A stretch of 64,000 bases of DNA from Adineta vaga (GCA_021613535.1 CP075496.1:1612001-1676000), one strand, 5' to 3'; positions 23,588 to 39,179 are shown, counted from the stretch's first letter. Notes: a model not told the origin generated them from the sequence alone. Numbers and translations are program-made.

Positions 23588-26499
23588 ATGGAAACAAATA
23601 TGTCTTCGACAACTAATTCGAATTTTGAACCTCTCGTTGTTCTTCATTTTTCGAATGCAACACCGGTTGCAACAAAAGAATGGGTAATAAAACGATTAAC
23701 TGCTAGTCAAGACGAGAATGATGGTGCTGATTTACTTGTCCGATATGATACTGATCCTGAAAGTCATGTAAGTATCTTTGTTTCTCTTTTTACGATTGTC
23801 AATTCATTTGTTTTGTGGATTCTTCTTTTCATTAGAATAATATTCTGTTAATTGGTGCTACACTTCATCGTTTATTAGTCGGCGCCGAAGAATTGCGAAT
23901 GAAGAAGTCTTATAAAAATAAAGCTTTACGTGAATTTCTTATTTCGGATATTGATCATTATGATAATTCTCGTAAATTTTTTGAGTTTTTTTCTATTTTA
24001 AAAACTATTCTGTTGTTTTCATTGATTAGAAAATCCCAGTAGTTTTCTATTGAAATCGGAGAAACAAAGAATTATTTGGGAAGAAATGCAAATTGTTCGG
24101 CCAACGGAACAGGAAAATTTCGTTCCAGGTGTTCCAAATAAAAGTGTAACACATGAGAATGATACTGTCCGTATGTAAAATGAAATTATCAATCAAAATA
24201 TAGAATAAAAATCTTTGTTTTCTTAGTGAATCTTTTGAATAGTTTGGATTTTATTATTAGTGTCTTTCCATTACATGATAAAGAAGATATTAAATTAATT
24301 GAACATGATTGGTTCATGTCAAAAGATGCATTATTTAAATCACAAGATATACGTAAGAGAGAGTTATTACATAGTGGAAAGAAAATATTTGAAATTGTTT
24401 AGATAAAGTTCGAAATTATTTTGGTGAAAATGTTGCATATTACTTTGCTTTTCTGGAATTTTATACTAAAGCACTTATACCAACTGCAATACTTGGTAAA
24501 TTATTCTAGTAGATCAATATTTGACATTTTGTCTATGTTTAGGTCTTGTTTTGAGTTTTTGGCCAAGTTCAGATTTCTTTAAATATTCATCATTTTGTAT
24601 TTTCAATGTCATTTGGTGGAGTGTATTCGTATGTTGATTATTTCAAATTGTTTAGATAATTTGATTAAAATTTAGATAGAACGATGGAAACGTTTAAGTA
24701 TCAAACTTGCCTATGAATGGGGAACATTAGATTTACAAATCTTTGAACGTCCTCGTTCACTTTACTACGGAGATTTACAACGTTCACCAATAACGAGTCA
24801 ACAAGAACGACGATATCCTAAGTACATTTTACAACTTAGAAATAATGCGACAAATCCACATCCTCAATCGAATATCTAATGTTTCGTTTTTGATTTAGAT
24901 GGAAACGGACACTAAAGAAATATTTAGTTACTTATCCAATAGTCATGGCTTCTTTAGCATTATCATTATGGATATATTTTACTTATTATGCAATTCAACA
25001 AAAAACCGAGAAGAATTATCCTTTAGAAAATGCAACGTTTCTTCCTCAAGCGAAACTAATGCGTATGGTACCATCAACTGGCTATTCCTTATTAATTATA
25101 CCAATGAATTTAGTTTATAAGAAATTAGCTATATATATGTCAAATTTTGGTAGAGAAATCAAATGAAATATTGAATGTGAGAATTGAATAGTTTCTTTTA
25201 TAGAAAATCATCGTCTTCAATCAAGTTACGAAAATCATTTAACATCGAAATTATTCGTTTTCTATTTCATGAATTGTTTCATTGGCCTTTTCTATGAAGC
25301 ATTCTTCAATGCAAATTATGGCAATGTTGCTCAGGTGAATTCCGTTAGAATATCTTTCTATTCTAAACTGATATCGATGTATATTTTAGTTATTAACATT
25401 TTTTGTTATTATCAATGCGATTTTATTGAAATTTACGGAACAAATTGGTCCTTATATATTCAAACGTGTCAAGAAAAATCAATTAGTTCGAAGAGGATCC
25501 GTCGATGTAAAAGTTAGCGATGCTGTTAAACAAGCGAAAACATTAACAGCATTTGAAGTAATTAAAGATCTTGTTGAAATTGATTATTAATCGATTGATT
25601 TGAATTATTTCTAGGGAACTTATGGAGATTATTTGACTATCTTTGAACAATATGGTTATGTCGCTTTATTTTCAGCAGTAAGTTCAATCTTATATCTCTA
25701 CAAGTGTAGATCGAACTTGAATTATTAATCCTGATTAGAATTTCTTAGTCTCTATTATATGTGTGTTCAGTAAAAATACAAAATAAGCACATTTCCCCAC
25801 GGTAATAAGAAGTATAGAACTCTATATAGATTAGAAAAGTAGGTTATTCTTGAGTTCATTTTGATTTGAATTATCGAAAATCTTATCAATACTTTTTCAG
25901 GTTTTTCCATGGGTAACAATTTGTGCATTAATTAATAATATTTTTGAACTTCGTGCTGATGCTTTCAAATATTGTTACGTCTATCAACGTCCGTTTGCTC
26001 AACCAGCATCGAATATTGGTTTGTAAATTTCATTTCTTTTCATGAAAATCTATGCATTGTTTTGGATTTCAGGAAGTTGGCATTATGCATTCGACATTCT
26101 TAGTTCCGTAGCTATTGTTACCAATACTGCTTTGATTGCAATGCAACCATCAGTTCGACAATATTTTTCATCATATACAGATGCTGAATATATTCTCTTC
26201 TTTGTTGCTGCTGAAGTATGTTGAGTTGATTTCATTGTTGAATGTAAGAATCTTTTCATTTTGTTTTCTTCTAGCATATTCTTTTAGCCTTGAAATTCGC
26301 TATTAGTTTTGCTATACCAGATATACCACATGAAGTACAAATTGCAAAAGCTAAAAATCTTTATGAATCAAATCAAGCTTTGAGACGCGAAGTAAGATTA
26401 CTAACAAAGGATTTTATTTTCTTAAAAATCTTTTTTTCTTCTTTCTTCTAGCGTGAACGAAAAGCTTTAAAAGCTCAAGAATCAATACGAAAAATTTAA
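23588..26499 (+). CDS. ANO10: Anoctamin/TMEM16K-like scramblase, multi-exon
   Basis: [91 protein letters not shown]. Confidence 0.9.
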
Positions 26500-27755
26500 G
26501 ATGAAATCTTTCTCCACCTACAATCAACAATCATCATGACATGTCTAGTTAGTTATCCTCATATAATCAATCAATCAATAATCTAGCGTAACTGTTTTCT
26601 TTTCATATTTATGATCTGCAACTTCATATTATTCGTTGTCATCTGTATATAGTACTTTTTCTTGTTTGTGCTTTTTTTGCTTGGTCTTAGAGCAGGTATT
26701 ATTTTCGGTGAATCGATAATATTAATCACTTTTCTACAAACCATAGATTGCTATTTCTAAATAAACCAGCTTAGTCATAATGCTACTACTAATATTCTTT
26801 CTACTAGAAGAGAAATGGTGTAGAAATAACCAATAAATTTGATCTTTCCACTTCATGCAGATCCATCAGATTTTTTCAAGTTGAGTTTTTTTACTGAAGT
26901 GAACAAGACTTTATTTTATGAATATAGTTATCAATGAAGAAAAGAAAGTAAAATCAGAATTGAACAGATGCGAATAGAACTTCGATTGATGTATACATAC
27001 GCTCACACTATAATATTTATGATGATGTGGACATAGTTTATAATTTGATAACAGAAAAACAAGAAGCATATTATTGTGACTGCATCAATAGATGAAAGCT
27101 AATTATTGATTATCAACTTATGGAAAATCATTACCAAGACGTCTGACTTGTTAGGTATAATATGATTTTTGTTTGGATTTATCTCTCATAGTTTCTATTG
27201 TGATGTAACCGCGATCGTACTGGTATCGTCTCTTTCATTTCTATTTTACGCATTCTTTTTCTTCTCATTTAGTCATAGAGCTAGTTTTTTTTCCTGTTAT
27301 TGAGTCTTTCTCTTCCATTATCTATTCATGAAATATAAAAGAAAACAAGCTTCTCGACTTCTTCCTTGGATTTACCTTTTTTGCCACTTTTTATGATAAA
27401 ATCGTTCAGTATTCATCATTTACTAAGTCAAACAAGTTATTTTACCGTTTTTAACAAAAAATACGAAAACTTGTATATAGAGATTAAAATATTTACATGT
27501 ACGGATAAAAATTATTTGGAGAAAGTGGCAGGACAGCATTCTAAACACAGGTATAGCAATAAACTTCGATGCCTTTCCGAAAAGTCATCAAATTTTCTTT
27601 AAAATTTATGTTATGTCTACAACTACCTGACAACTTTCTTGAGAAAAAAGAGAATCAATTGTAGCATTTCCTGTTTTTTTTAGACACACGCATTTGATAC
27701 TAGAACAAATATGATATTCTCATATGTGCATAACTTATCTGAACAGAGTACAATT

Positions 27756-28148
27756 TCAATATTCTAATGTAATCTTGTCAACTAATGGATTAATCGTAGA
27801 CGTATCAGATAAAATGATATTACTCTCGGTTTTATTCATACTTGCCAATTGTTGATGCGGATGCATCGAATCACTAATAGATAAAGGTTTTTTCTTTAAA
27901 TATTGATCTTGATGTGAAGTACGATCAATAACATCATTGGATACAACAGTTATACTTAATTCTTGTTGATCTACTGGTAATACATCAATATCGATGACAA
28001 TACCTTGTGATTGATCAAAAAGTATATTCGTGTACGATTTAATTTGTTCAGGTCGTTTAATAAATCTATATGCGAGAAGAAGTCCAAATACAATGATAAT
28101 GATGACAACACCTAATTCAGCAAGAATAGAAATAAGAAATGTAGTCAT
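27756..28148 (-). CDS. Small protein with N-terminal transmembrane anchor, unknown function
   Basis: 130-aa intronless ORF with a hydrophobic N-terminus followed by RFIKR; host-like codon usage. Confidence 0.5.
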   Translation of the reverse strand: MTTFLISILAELGVVIIIIVFGLLLAYRFIKRPEQIKSYTNILFDQSQGIVIDIDVLPVDQQELSITVVSNDVIDRTSHQDQYLKKKPLSISDSMHPHQQLASMNKTESNIILSDTSTINPLVDKITLEY

Positions 28149-28769
28149 TAGAATTAGTTTGTATTTTGTATCGTTTTAGACATGAAAAGAAAATACATTA
28201 ATTTCAATCATTATCAGACAGGTTCATTAAATTGTGTATCTATAAAATAATACTGAAAATCTAGGCAATCAGAAAAAAAGAAGAATAGTGCGCGTTCTTT
28301 TCTAACGATATTCAATCCCATTATCAATCTTTTCTTTTTCAAAAGAAGAAAGGATTAATCTTTCATGGATGCATAATTTTGTTCATAAAAGCGATAAATA
28401 TATCTATCTTCAACTTCTCTCAATTGTATTAATATTTCATAATATTAAATGAAAGACTTCAAAATTCAATTCTTCTATCATTCAATAAAACAATTAAAGT
28501 TTATTTGATATTCATCCATTCATTAGTAGAATGTCAGAACAAAGAATATACACTTTGTGCTTGAAAATAGAGATTAACTACTAAAAAGAAGACAACAATA
28601 TGAGAGAGACAACAGCAAAAAAGAAGAAGAAAGAAAAACAACAACATCAACAACAAATAAAGAACGAAAGAATATATGTATATGTCTATGTATATAGATA
28701 GTAAACTCATTGAGATGGACGGATTGATTGATCTTGAAAATAATTTCGTCATTTTCGTTTCTTTTTCTC

Positions 28770-30306
28770 TTATGTGGATTGTCCAGCAGCAAATCTTAAA
28801 CGTTTATTTTTTTGTCGTTGATTACAAAACCAAACTCGAACGACATTTTTCTTCAAATCAAGTTTATCGGCTATTTGGGCAATACGTTCACCACTAGGTC
28901 GTTGTTGTTGAATAAAACATGATTCAAGAAAACGTTTCTCTTGTGCTGCTATGGATGTTCGTTTTCTTTTCTTATCTATTAAACTTCCTGTTGAACTTCC
29001 ATGTCCACTTGAGCCACCAATTGAGCCATTTAATTCATCTTTCTTTCTTTGTCTCATTTCAGCTTCAGCAAATTCTAACCAAGCTTGAAGAACTGGTTTT
29101 AATGCAACCATATTATTATGTGATAATGTAAGTGATTCAAATCGACAGATTGTTGATTGAGAAAGTGAACCAACACCCGGCATTTTTAATTTGGATAATT
29201 GATGTCCAACATCAGCTTGTGTAACACCTAATTTAATTCGACGTTGTTTAAAACGTTCAGCAAATGTTTCTAATTCTCGTGGATCAACATCAAGTTCATG
29301 TGCTTGAACAAGGCCAGCAACAACACCATGATGATGCATACCAACTACCATACCGGGTAAAACTCCAGCAGCTGCTGCAGCATGATGATGAGCCACAGCA
29401 GCATATTGATGTTGATAAAATGGATGTAATTCTGAAGATAATTGTGAATGATGGTTGTGATGAAGATGAGAATGATTATGTGAATTGGGATCAGAAAGTA
29501 GATGAGAATCCATATTTGATGTACCTGGATAATTTACCGTTGAAGAGGATGATGAAGAGGATGAAGAAACGGTTGCTGTGCCTGATGAACAAGCAAAAGG
29601 TGATGGATAATAAAGGGTTGATGTTGATTCAGGTTTTGTAAATGCTTCAGCTTGACGAAGAAAATTATCATCAATAGTTGGACAAAATAAAGTCTATAAT
29701 AATGAAAATTAATTAGAAGATCATTAATGAGATTGATTATGTACTTACATTAGGTTCAAATTTAAAACTATCACCAAAACAATTGGATTTTGACCACTAA
29801 AAAACACATGAAATTCTTCTTTTGTATTTTAGATTAAGCAAAAAGAAAATTTAATTATGAAAATCTGATTGGCTCATTCTACTATGTTGTTTTTTAATCC
29901 TCTCAATGTTCAACAAGCAGAAAAGAAATCTGTTGAACTCGTTTCAGATTACTAAAGAATGAGAAAATATAGATAATCAACACCTTGCTGTACCCCTAGA
30001 CACGTCGCGAAGAAAGATGAGAACAAATCCAATTTCTATCTTTCTCGTATTTTCACTTACCGGTGTGCCTGGCATATATCGTCGATTATTCGATTCACCT
30101 GATACTGCCGCAACAGCAGCAGCTCGATAGAAGTTACTTGGTGAATATCGTTCCATATTGATACCTGATGTATTAGAATTTGTATTTATATTTGTTAGTG
30201 CTTGAGATGAAGAAAATGATGTTGATGTATTTGAAAATGTTAATTTATTTGTTGGGACTATTGATGAAGATGATAATTGTTCAATTGGTGATGTACTTGT
30301 AAGCAT
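28770..30306 (-). CDS. POU4: POU class IV homeodomain transcription factor (Brn3/unc-86/acj6), 3 exons
   Basis: DVDPRELETFAERFKQRRIKLGVTQADVG..SLSQSTICRFESLTLSHNNMVALKP; homeodomain KKRKRTSIAAQEKR..VVRVWFCNQRQK; POU-IV box DDNFLRQAEA. Exons ~30061-30306, ~29749-29797, 28770-~29694. Confidence 0.96.
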
Positions 30307-32757
30307 TGTATTTGACAAGAATCAATAATTCACCTGTTATTTAACCTTTCATTATTATGATTATTAACAATGAATTGATATAATTTTTTTTTTATTATTT
30401 TGGTACACTTGAATGACTATATGTTGATGATGTATAGGTGTATGTATGTGTGTGCTCTAAATAATAAATAAATACATACATAGTTAAAAAAAAGCAATGC
30501 ATTCGATCATAATAATTTATCAATATTCATTCATTCATTCACTCACTCACTCACATCGGAGAAAAGAGAGATATAGAATCAATATGACTGGTTAGAATCG
30601 TAGTTATTCTACTGACTATTTTCTGTTCGTTGGAATGGAAACAAGAAAGAAGAAGAAAAAAGAAGGTGTAAGTTGCTGGTAAACGAGTTTTTCCTCTCTC
30701 TCTCATGTTTTTCCTGATTCTCTGCCTACTACTACTTTCGTTCCGTGAGTGATTAGTAATAAATAAAAAATGAGAAGCAGTCCTTTTTCTTCGATTAGTT
30801 ATGAAAGGGAAAAAAAAAACCTTTTTACCTGAGGAGAAAGAGGAAGAAAAGTGAAGGGAGAAATTCTTTCATTGGTTAATGAGAATAATCATCGACCAAT
30901 GAAGAGAAGTGTTACAACATCTGTCTGTCATCTTTAACAGAGTAAAGAGAGAAGATTTCCCCCAGCGCAAACGACACGCAAGGCGACGATCAGTTCTATC
31001 ATCCAAGTATTATCTCTTGTTCGCTTTTTTGTTCTTCTACTTCTTTTTGCTTTAATTTAATTGAACCTTAATTCATTGTCCAACAATGAAAGATAGGTAG
31101 ATATAAATAAGTTAATACTTATAAAAGCTCATTTATACAAATGAGTGCTCTAACCATCATCAACTATTCACGTTCGATGCTTTATTCTTCTTTTTTTCTC
31201 TCTATATATTAAGTAAAGAATAGAGATGAATATACAAAACAAAAGAAGATATGAATTAAAAAAGCTTTTGACATCGTTTTTTTTTGTCGTAGCATTTGAT
31301 ATTGAAGACAAAGCAAAATATTCAGTTATGTTTGATCTATTCGAGGTACTTGCTTCCGTTTCTCATTAATTCATGTACATACAATCCATGTATATTTGCC
31401 TCGAAGGCACCACAAACATACGCACCGACGATGTGTGTATGCGAGAAAGACAGAATCAATTTTTAATACACTGTTACGCACCAAATCGGAAAAAAAAGTA
31501 AAAGAAAAGGTATAATGTGTATTCGACAACTGATGATGTGTTTGCTCGAAGTAAACTAGTCTTGAACAGTTATAGTTAACTGAGAAAAAAGACCAGATGG
31601 ACTTTTCTTAAGCGCAATGGACTTGTGATCTTTTTTTTCCTTCTTCTGTTTCTTGTCTGTCATGATGATGAGTGCAACACGCCCTCCAAATTCGTCACGT
31701 TACGAGCCGACTCAGTAATTCTTGCTTTGCTATGTGTACCTATGTATGAATGACATTGTCCGGTTGTGAGAGTATTCTCAGATGACACTTCAATTCAATG
31801 CTTATCATAATTGTTCGACCATATTGATTACCTTTCTTCATTTTTTGTCATTACTGTTTTTCTTTCAGATAAGACACATAAGGTTCATAGATACTGGAAT
31901 TTTTCATTTTTTTTCTCTTTCAATGTTGACATTTGGTGTTAAATGAAAAATAAATCAAAAGATTATGCCAATCAGTTTTTTCTCTCTCTTTCTGTCGGTA
32001 AATTGCTTGAAGCAATGAGAAAAAACAAATCGTAGAAATAACATTTTGTTAAAAAGAAAAAACAAGATGGATTTCGGAACAGATGGAAAAGAAAATGAAC
32101 GAACACTACTATTCTCATCGATCACCTGGATGGAATAGAATAGACAATGATCATTCCCTCGATAATTTACTTCAAGTTTTTTCTCCACTAGTGATGTGAA
32201 CACATAGAAACAAAGAGACAGAGAGAGAGAAGTGATGTATGTTTGAATCTCTCTGGAGGACATTAAAAAAAATAGAGGCGGAACTGGGTCATTCTATTGA
32301 TTCATTCTGAACTGATCGATTAGACGAGATAACAGATGGTAATCGACAACGACACTAATGCACCTTTTTTCATTTCATCGTCGTCGTCGTACTTTCTTTT
32401 TTTGATGTGCACATCTCGTCAATGAGAGAAACAACAGTTATGATTCGGAGTTAAAATATTCTTTGTTTCTTCGTTGGCCATCTGCTGGAAATGAGACCAC
32501 TTGGCGTGTCATGAAATGAGGTTTCTCTCTTTTGCTTCCATATGGTTAGCATCGATATGCAATGAAATGAATTTATTAATCAAGTCAAGTCAAAACAAAC
32601 TTATTGATTGTCGTTCAGTCATTCAGATGTCGTTAGTTTCTATAATTTGAAATTGAAAAGAACTCCGTAACTGAGTTACCTCGGAAACTCAATTCAAAAT
32701 GGCAAACTTGTACAAACAACGTTTGATCAGTGTAAACACATCGATTTTCTTGAGAGA

Positions 32758-34540
32758 ATGATGAGGTAAAATTTACATAAATAAAAAAAAATCTTTTTTT
32801 CTAAATTCTTAGTCCTTCATTTCGTTAGTACATTGCCATCAATCTCTGATAAAATTCATGTTGGTCTTTATTGTACGGATTGTGCTTGTCAAACAGACCG
32901 AGATGAAATTATTCAACTGAAAAGTACAACGAAAGTACTAAAAAATGTTCAGCATGTATGGAGATTTTCTTCTTTCTTCTCTACTCAATAAATATACATT
33001 TTTATTCAATTAGGAAATTGAATTAGTTAAAAATGAATTAACTTTCACTCGCGATAGTTTACGATCAGCGTTCTATGACGAATTACAAACAAATGGAAAA
33101 ACAATGTGAGAATGACATATACTAACATTTATTCATTCGTATTCTATCGATTTCTATTCAGGTATTATCAATTGATAGATAAAATCGATGCATTAAGAGA
33201 AAGTCATCGAAAAGTAAGAGAAAATTATTGAAAATAAACGTTTATTTTGATGGAAAATTAAACTTGTTAGGCTTTAGAAACAATTCGACTTTCATATCGT
33301 AGTCAATTACATGATTTTATCTCTCAAGCAAGAAGTATTATTCATGTAAATTGTCAAAACTTTATGAGAAATGCTTGAGAAATGGAAGATTTTGACTTTT
33401 TTTAGACTGAAAAATCGACATCATCAGAAACAGCTGCTCAAAAACAACGATCTCATGCTGAAAATCTTGAAAAAACTTTCTTTCATCAAGCAGCAATAAA
33501 AGGTTATGAAACTGAAATTAATAATTTAAAAATAGAAATCGATCAATTACGAGAAACTTCACAAGTAAGAGAAAAGAGAAATTTCAAAGTTCTTTTTAGT
33601 TTTCTTATCTTCTGTATTCTTTTTAGCATGAAATTAAATTGGCAACAACATTTCTTAATGATGAAAAAGTTCGTCTAAGTAAAGAATTAGCTATTGCTAA
33701 TCAAACATTAAATCAAGTAGAAGAAACACTTGCCAGAAGAGATGCACAAATTCGAGATCTTAGTAAAACGTTTATTTTGAAGATTTTTTCCCATAGAAAA
33801 TATTATTTTTTTTCTTTTTTTTACAGAATATGATCTTTCTTCATTTGAAATTAGATTGAAAGAAGCAAAAAAAGTTGTTGTACGTGAGCCAGAACCTCCG
33901 CCAACTGTTATAACACAAACACGTTTAGTTCAAACAGATCCATGGACACCACCCGCACCAGTTGCATCTTCAACTCCTCAGAAAGAAGTTCTCGTGATGA
34001 AAAAACCAACTGTTGTTACACTTGAACCAGAAATTCAATCTCGATCATCAGCAATTGAAAAATTAGAATATAAATATGAAACGATTCTACGAGAAAAAGA
34101 TGAACAAATACAAGATTTATTAGAAGAAGTATAAAAAAAAGAATATCTCAAGAGATCTAATCATATTTTTCATCTTTAGATCAATTCACAATCAAAAACA
34201 ATATTAAGAAATCCCAAAATAGAAAAACACACTAGTACCGAAGAACGTCATCGAAATGATCTTAAACGGTAGAAATATTTTGTTGATTCCAATAGTGTAA
34301 AACATCTTTTCATTCGTCTTCTTAGATATGGAGAAAAACATCGACAAGAAATTCAAATGTGGGAAACAAAATATGACATTCTTCATCGAAGGTACTTGAG
34401 ATCTATCTTCCTATCATGAGTGTTTTTCTTCCTTCAATGCTTTCTTTTATTTCAGTATGATGGCTTTACGCGATGAAATGTATACACGACAAACACGAGT
34501 TCGTGATCGGTTTAATGGTAAACCAGCTGTTTCGACTTAA
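32758..34540 (+). CDS. C10orf67-like coiled-coil protein (DUF4709/DUF4724-like), multi-exon
   Basis: N-terminal LPSISDKIHVGLYCTDCACQTD and C-terminal KMWETKYDILHRSMMALRDEMYTRQ resemble conserved C10orf67 blocks; start position uncertain. Confidence 0.65.
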
Positions 34541-35704
34541 AATGAACGAATTTTTCTTTTGTTCTGTCAGATACACGATATATATTTCTTTTTTTTATTC
34601 ATCATTTTCTTTCTGAACTTTTCCTTGTCGTTGAACAACAATAAATGAACATTGATGATCCGTTCGTAAAAGATATTCATAATATTTCGTTTTTAAACGT
34701 AATTCAAGTAATTCTTTTAAACCTAAATGATGAATTGTTCGTTTAATACGTTCAAGAAATGGTTGTAAGTGTGTTACTAAATTCTTTGTATATTCATCAT
34801 CAAATGTTGTTCGAATTGGAACACCTTACAGAAACATCAGAAGAAAAATGTATTGTTTTCCAATTACGAATAATCACAAAGCATACCATTCAATGTCATA
34901 CATAGATAACCTTCAACATGTTCAAGTACTTTTATTCTATCAAGTGTTGTTTGAATTTCTCTTAATGCCATCTATTGATTAAAGAAAGTATACTAACTAA
35001 TCAATAGTGAAATTTATTGGCGCGTAGTTATATAAATCAATGAATTAAATTACTTGATTTTTAGAAGAAGAATGAATCGAGTTATTAATGTTCTGTTTTT
35101 CGATCTATATTTGGATGCATGTTTTGACAGTCGACAAAATATCTTCCTCATTTTCACATTTACAATGTTGTTTGCTCTTCTTCTTCTTCTTCTGCTTCTT
35201 TTTTTTCTTCGTTGCTCGGATCGAGCTTTTTTTGCCGTCTTTTTGTTGTTATTTCTATAAGCTTCGCATTCGATTTGGTTTTAGGCATGCGCATATACAG
35301 AACATACAACACACACACATCTAAAGATAAAGAACTAGTCGGAAAATGTAATTTTCTCTTCTTTGGTTTCCTCTTTTTCTCTCTTCCTCTGTTAGTTGTG
35401 AGGATAGATCGCATGCCGAGCATAATACATTGCGACGACCAACGACACTGACGGCAGTGAGCCGAGAAAAAAGAAAGTAGAATGAAAAGAAGAATAAGAA
35501 GAGCGGATGTACGAGAACTGAACGCACTGTTAACAATCAGCAATAGTCGGACGGAATATGATAAAGGTTGTCTATAAAGACAAACTCAATAGAAAAGGTA
35601 CGGAAAAACAACATTCACACACTCATCTTATATAATACTTCTTCCATTACTATTTTCTTCTTCATTATATTAACAGATACTTCAGCGACAAAACTTCTAC
35701 AACC

Positions 35705-38700
35705 ATGTTATTGGAATCTTTATGTAGTAGTAATCGTCGTTTATTATTTTTTCTTTACATATGTTATGGATATTTTTTTCAATGTATACATTCAATTACA
35801 ATTGCACATCAATTACAAATCAATATTTCACCACCAATCGCTACTAAACAAGAGAAAACTTTATGGATTGGTGGTAAATATATTTACATTTATCGATTAT
35901 TTTCTGAATTGAAAATAATTTTTTTCTTTCTCTTCAAAGGAATGTTTCCTCAAACAGGCGAATGGGCTGGTGGAGAAGCTGCTTTTCCTGCAGCTATTAA
36001 AGCATTAGATCAAATAAATCAACGCGAAGATATTTTACCCGGTTATTATTTAAATCTTTCTGCTTATGATACCAAAGTAAACAATTTTCTCGACTTAGAA
36101 AAACTTACATGAAAACTTCTTTCTTCTGATAGTGTTCAGCCGGTTTGGGTACAACAATTTTATATGAACTTCTCTATAACAAAACCTTTGGTAATGTAAA
36201 TAGTTCAATATTAATGTTACTTGGACCGGCCTGTAGTCCCGTTTCGACAGCTGTTGGTGAAGCCGCAAAAATGTGGAATTTAATCGTTCTTTCGTATGGC
36301 TCCAGTTCACCAGCTTTATCCAATCGAGCTCGTTTTCATACATTTTTTCGTACACATCCTCCTGCTACTTTACATAATCCAACTCGAATAAAATTTTTCG
36401 AATTATTCGCTTGGAAACGAATAGCAATTTTAATACAAACCGAAGAAGTTTGGCAATCGACAGCGGAAAATTTAGAAGTTCTTGCACGAAAACATAATGT
36501 TCATGTAAAATTGATAAAATTAAATGTCATCTCTTCATTCTTTTTTCTTCTTCTTTATATAGATTGCTGTTCGACAATTATTTGATAATGATCCTTCACA
36601 TGCAATTAGTAATTTACAAAAAGATGATATTCGAATCATCGTTGGATTATTCTATGAAGAAAAAGCAAGAAAAGTATTCTGTAAAGTATGTAAAATTCGT
36701 TTAAAGATTTTCGATTTTCGAGTATTTCTTTTCGTAGGCATATCAACAAAAATATTTTGGAGAAAGTTATGTTTGGTGGTTAATTGGTTGGTAAGTATTA
36801 TTTTATGAAAGAAATTGGAATTGAATTATGAATAAATTCAGGTATGCGGATAATTGGTTTTTAAAAATTGATGATATTGATTGTACAGCTGAACAAATGT
36901 CTCGTGCAGTTGAAGGACATTTTACGACAGAAATACAAATGTTAACTGATGCGAAAACACGAACAATATCTGGTTTAACAGCTCAAGAATTTATTACAGA
37001 TTTAAATACGACATTGAAACAATTATTTCCAAAGCAACCAATTGAATCTGTTGGAGGTTATGTAGAAGCACCGCTTGCTTATGATGCAACATGGGCATTA
37101 GCATTAGCTTTGAATCGATCATTAGGAAGAACAAATTTAGAAGAATGGAGTTATGGAAATGTCGATATGAAAGAAATTATGTATGAAAAGAAGAATTGAA
37201 GAAGAGGAAGAGAGAAAATATATTTTCCGTTCTCCTTTCAGGATGGATGATATGAAAAAAACGGACTTTTTTGGTGTTTCCGGTGCTGTGAAATTTGATG
37301 AACTCGGAAATCGTATGTCAAAAGTTGTTGTTGAACAACTTCGAAGTAAATTTCTTTGATTGTTTTTTTGTTTGATTTTTCTCTAAATAAAACTCTATTT
37401 AGATGGTTTTTATCATCGTTTAGCTCGATTTGATGCGGAAAAAGGCTCAATTGAATGGTTAAATGGTGAAGAATCAGATGGTAGTCGATGTTGGAATTAC
37501 AAACATAATTACTCTTCAAGTAGATCTTTCTTTTTTTTTCTTTTCTATGAATTCAAACAATATATTTATCTTTTTAGATCATGAAAAACGTCGTTTAGCT
37601 CCCTATGATCAAATGCAAATATCCAATAAAGTTTTAGAAATCTCTCGAACATTATATTTAACAATGAGTTGTTTTGCAGCACTTGGTTTACTCTTTTCTT
37701 TTGTTTGTCTTGTATTAAATATTGTTTATCGAAAGCGAAAGTAAGATCAGAGCACAAGATTTTTTTCCATATTTAATTTCATTCTTTAGATTTATTTGGC
37801 AATCGAAACCTATGTATAATAATTGTGCGTTGATTGGAGGAATTATTTGTTTAGCTGATGTATTTTTACTTGGTGCGGATAGTCAAACAGATAATCCAAC
37901 ACGATTTGTTAAACTCTGTCAAGTAGGAAATACAATTAATTGGAATTGAAAGGATAAATTTTGTTTTTCTGTAGTTAAAAGGTTCACTTTTAGCAGCAGG
38001 ATTTTCTATATGTTATGGTGGTTTATTAGCGAAACTTGTTCGAACATATCTTCTATCAACAAAGAAAACGATCGTAAGATTTCTTTTCATTTTCATTACG
38101 ATTATATTGATCAAAGATTTCACTTTTATAGAATCCTATTTGGTCAATGTGTGAACTTTTTATAATCGTTGGAAGTTTATTATTAATTGACTTAATTGTC
38201 TTTGTCATTTGGCATATAAAAGATCCATTAGTGTTTACATCTGAACCTACGGGTGATAGTTCAATATTGAATGATGTGAAAACTGTTTTTAAACTTCAAC
38301 AATGTCGATCAAAACAAAATATGATTTGGATTGGATTACTCTATTCAATCAAAGGTATTTTAATTGTTATTGGAATTTATTTAAGTTATGAAACTCGTGC
38401 AAGTAAACTTGAAATGATTAATGATGCACATCTAGTTCGAATGTGTACTTATAATATATTTGTAAGTAAAAGATAAAGAATTCTTGACAAAATTCTCTTA
38501 ACTTTTATCGTTTTTATAAAAGATCGTTTGTTTAATTTCGGCTTCATTAACATTGATTATTGAACGAAATCAAGATGCTGATTTTGCTTTTGCATCAATT
38601 GCGATTATACTTTGCTGTTTTGTTTCATTTGGTTTAATTTTTCTTCCGAAAATTCTTTGTCTTATTCGTGGTCGTGATCAATCACTTTCGTCAATCGATG

Positions 38701-39179
38701 ATAAAGATCATGCAACATCGAATTCTACAACAGCTGGTCATGGTTCAAATTCAACAACACAACAATTAAGTAGTGAAGATGAAGAAAAACATCGAAAATT
38801 AATCGCAGAAAACGAACAATTAAGAGCGTTGATTGCTGAACGTGAAGCACGAGTGAATGAATTAATTGAAAAATTAAAACAACATGGAAGTAATATTGTT
38901 ATACGTGATGTTCAACGATTTACAACAAATCCAAATTCTGGTCCAACATCAGCTAATCATGATGGTGAATCAACTGGATTGATTGATTCAACTGCGTATG
39001 TTATGCGACGTCGATCAACATTTGCCAATCCAATTACATTGAGTACACATCTATCAAATACGGCTATATCGACAACAACAACATCGGTCACAGGCAAAGT
39101 TGTTGAAGTACCTACGGAAATGAATCATATTGATCCGAAACATTCCTCAACATCATCTTATCGAGAATCAGTTTGTTGA
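35705..39179 (+). CDS. GABBR1: GABA-B receptor subunit 1 (class C GPCR), multi-exon
   Basis: [79 protein letters not shown], 7TM region, and coiled coil [24 protein letters not shown]. Confidence 0.93.

Noticed and set aside
30320-32600. POU4 autoregulatory sites (e.g. cattaattcatg near 31365)
   Set aside because: AT-rich motifs cannot be distinguished from background without conservation data.
35054-35543. Overlapping ORFs upstream of GABBR1
   Set aside because: Purine/pyrimidine tracts of the promoter or 5' UTR with no coding signature.
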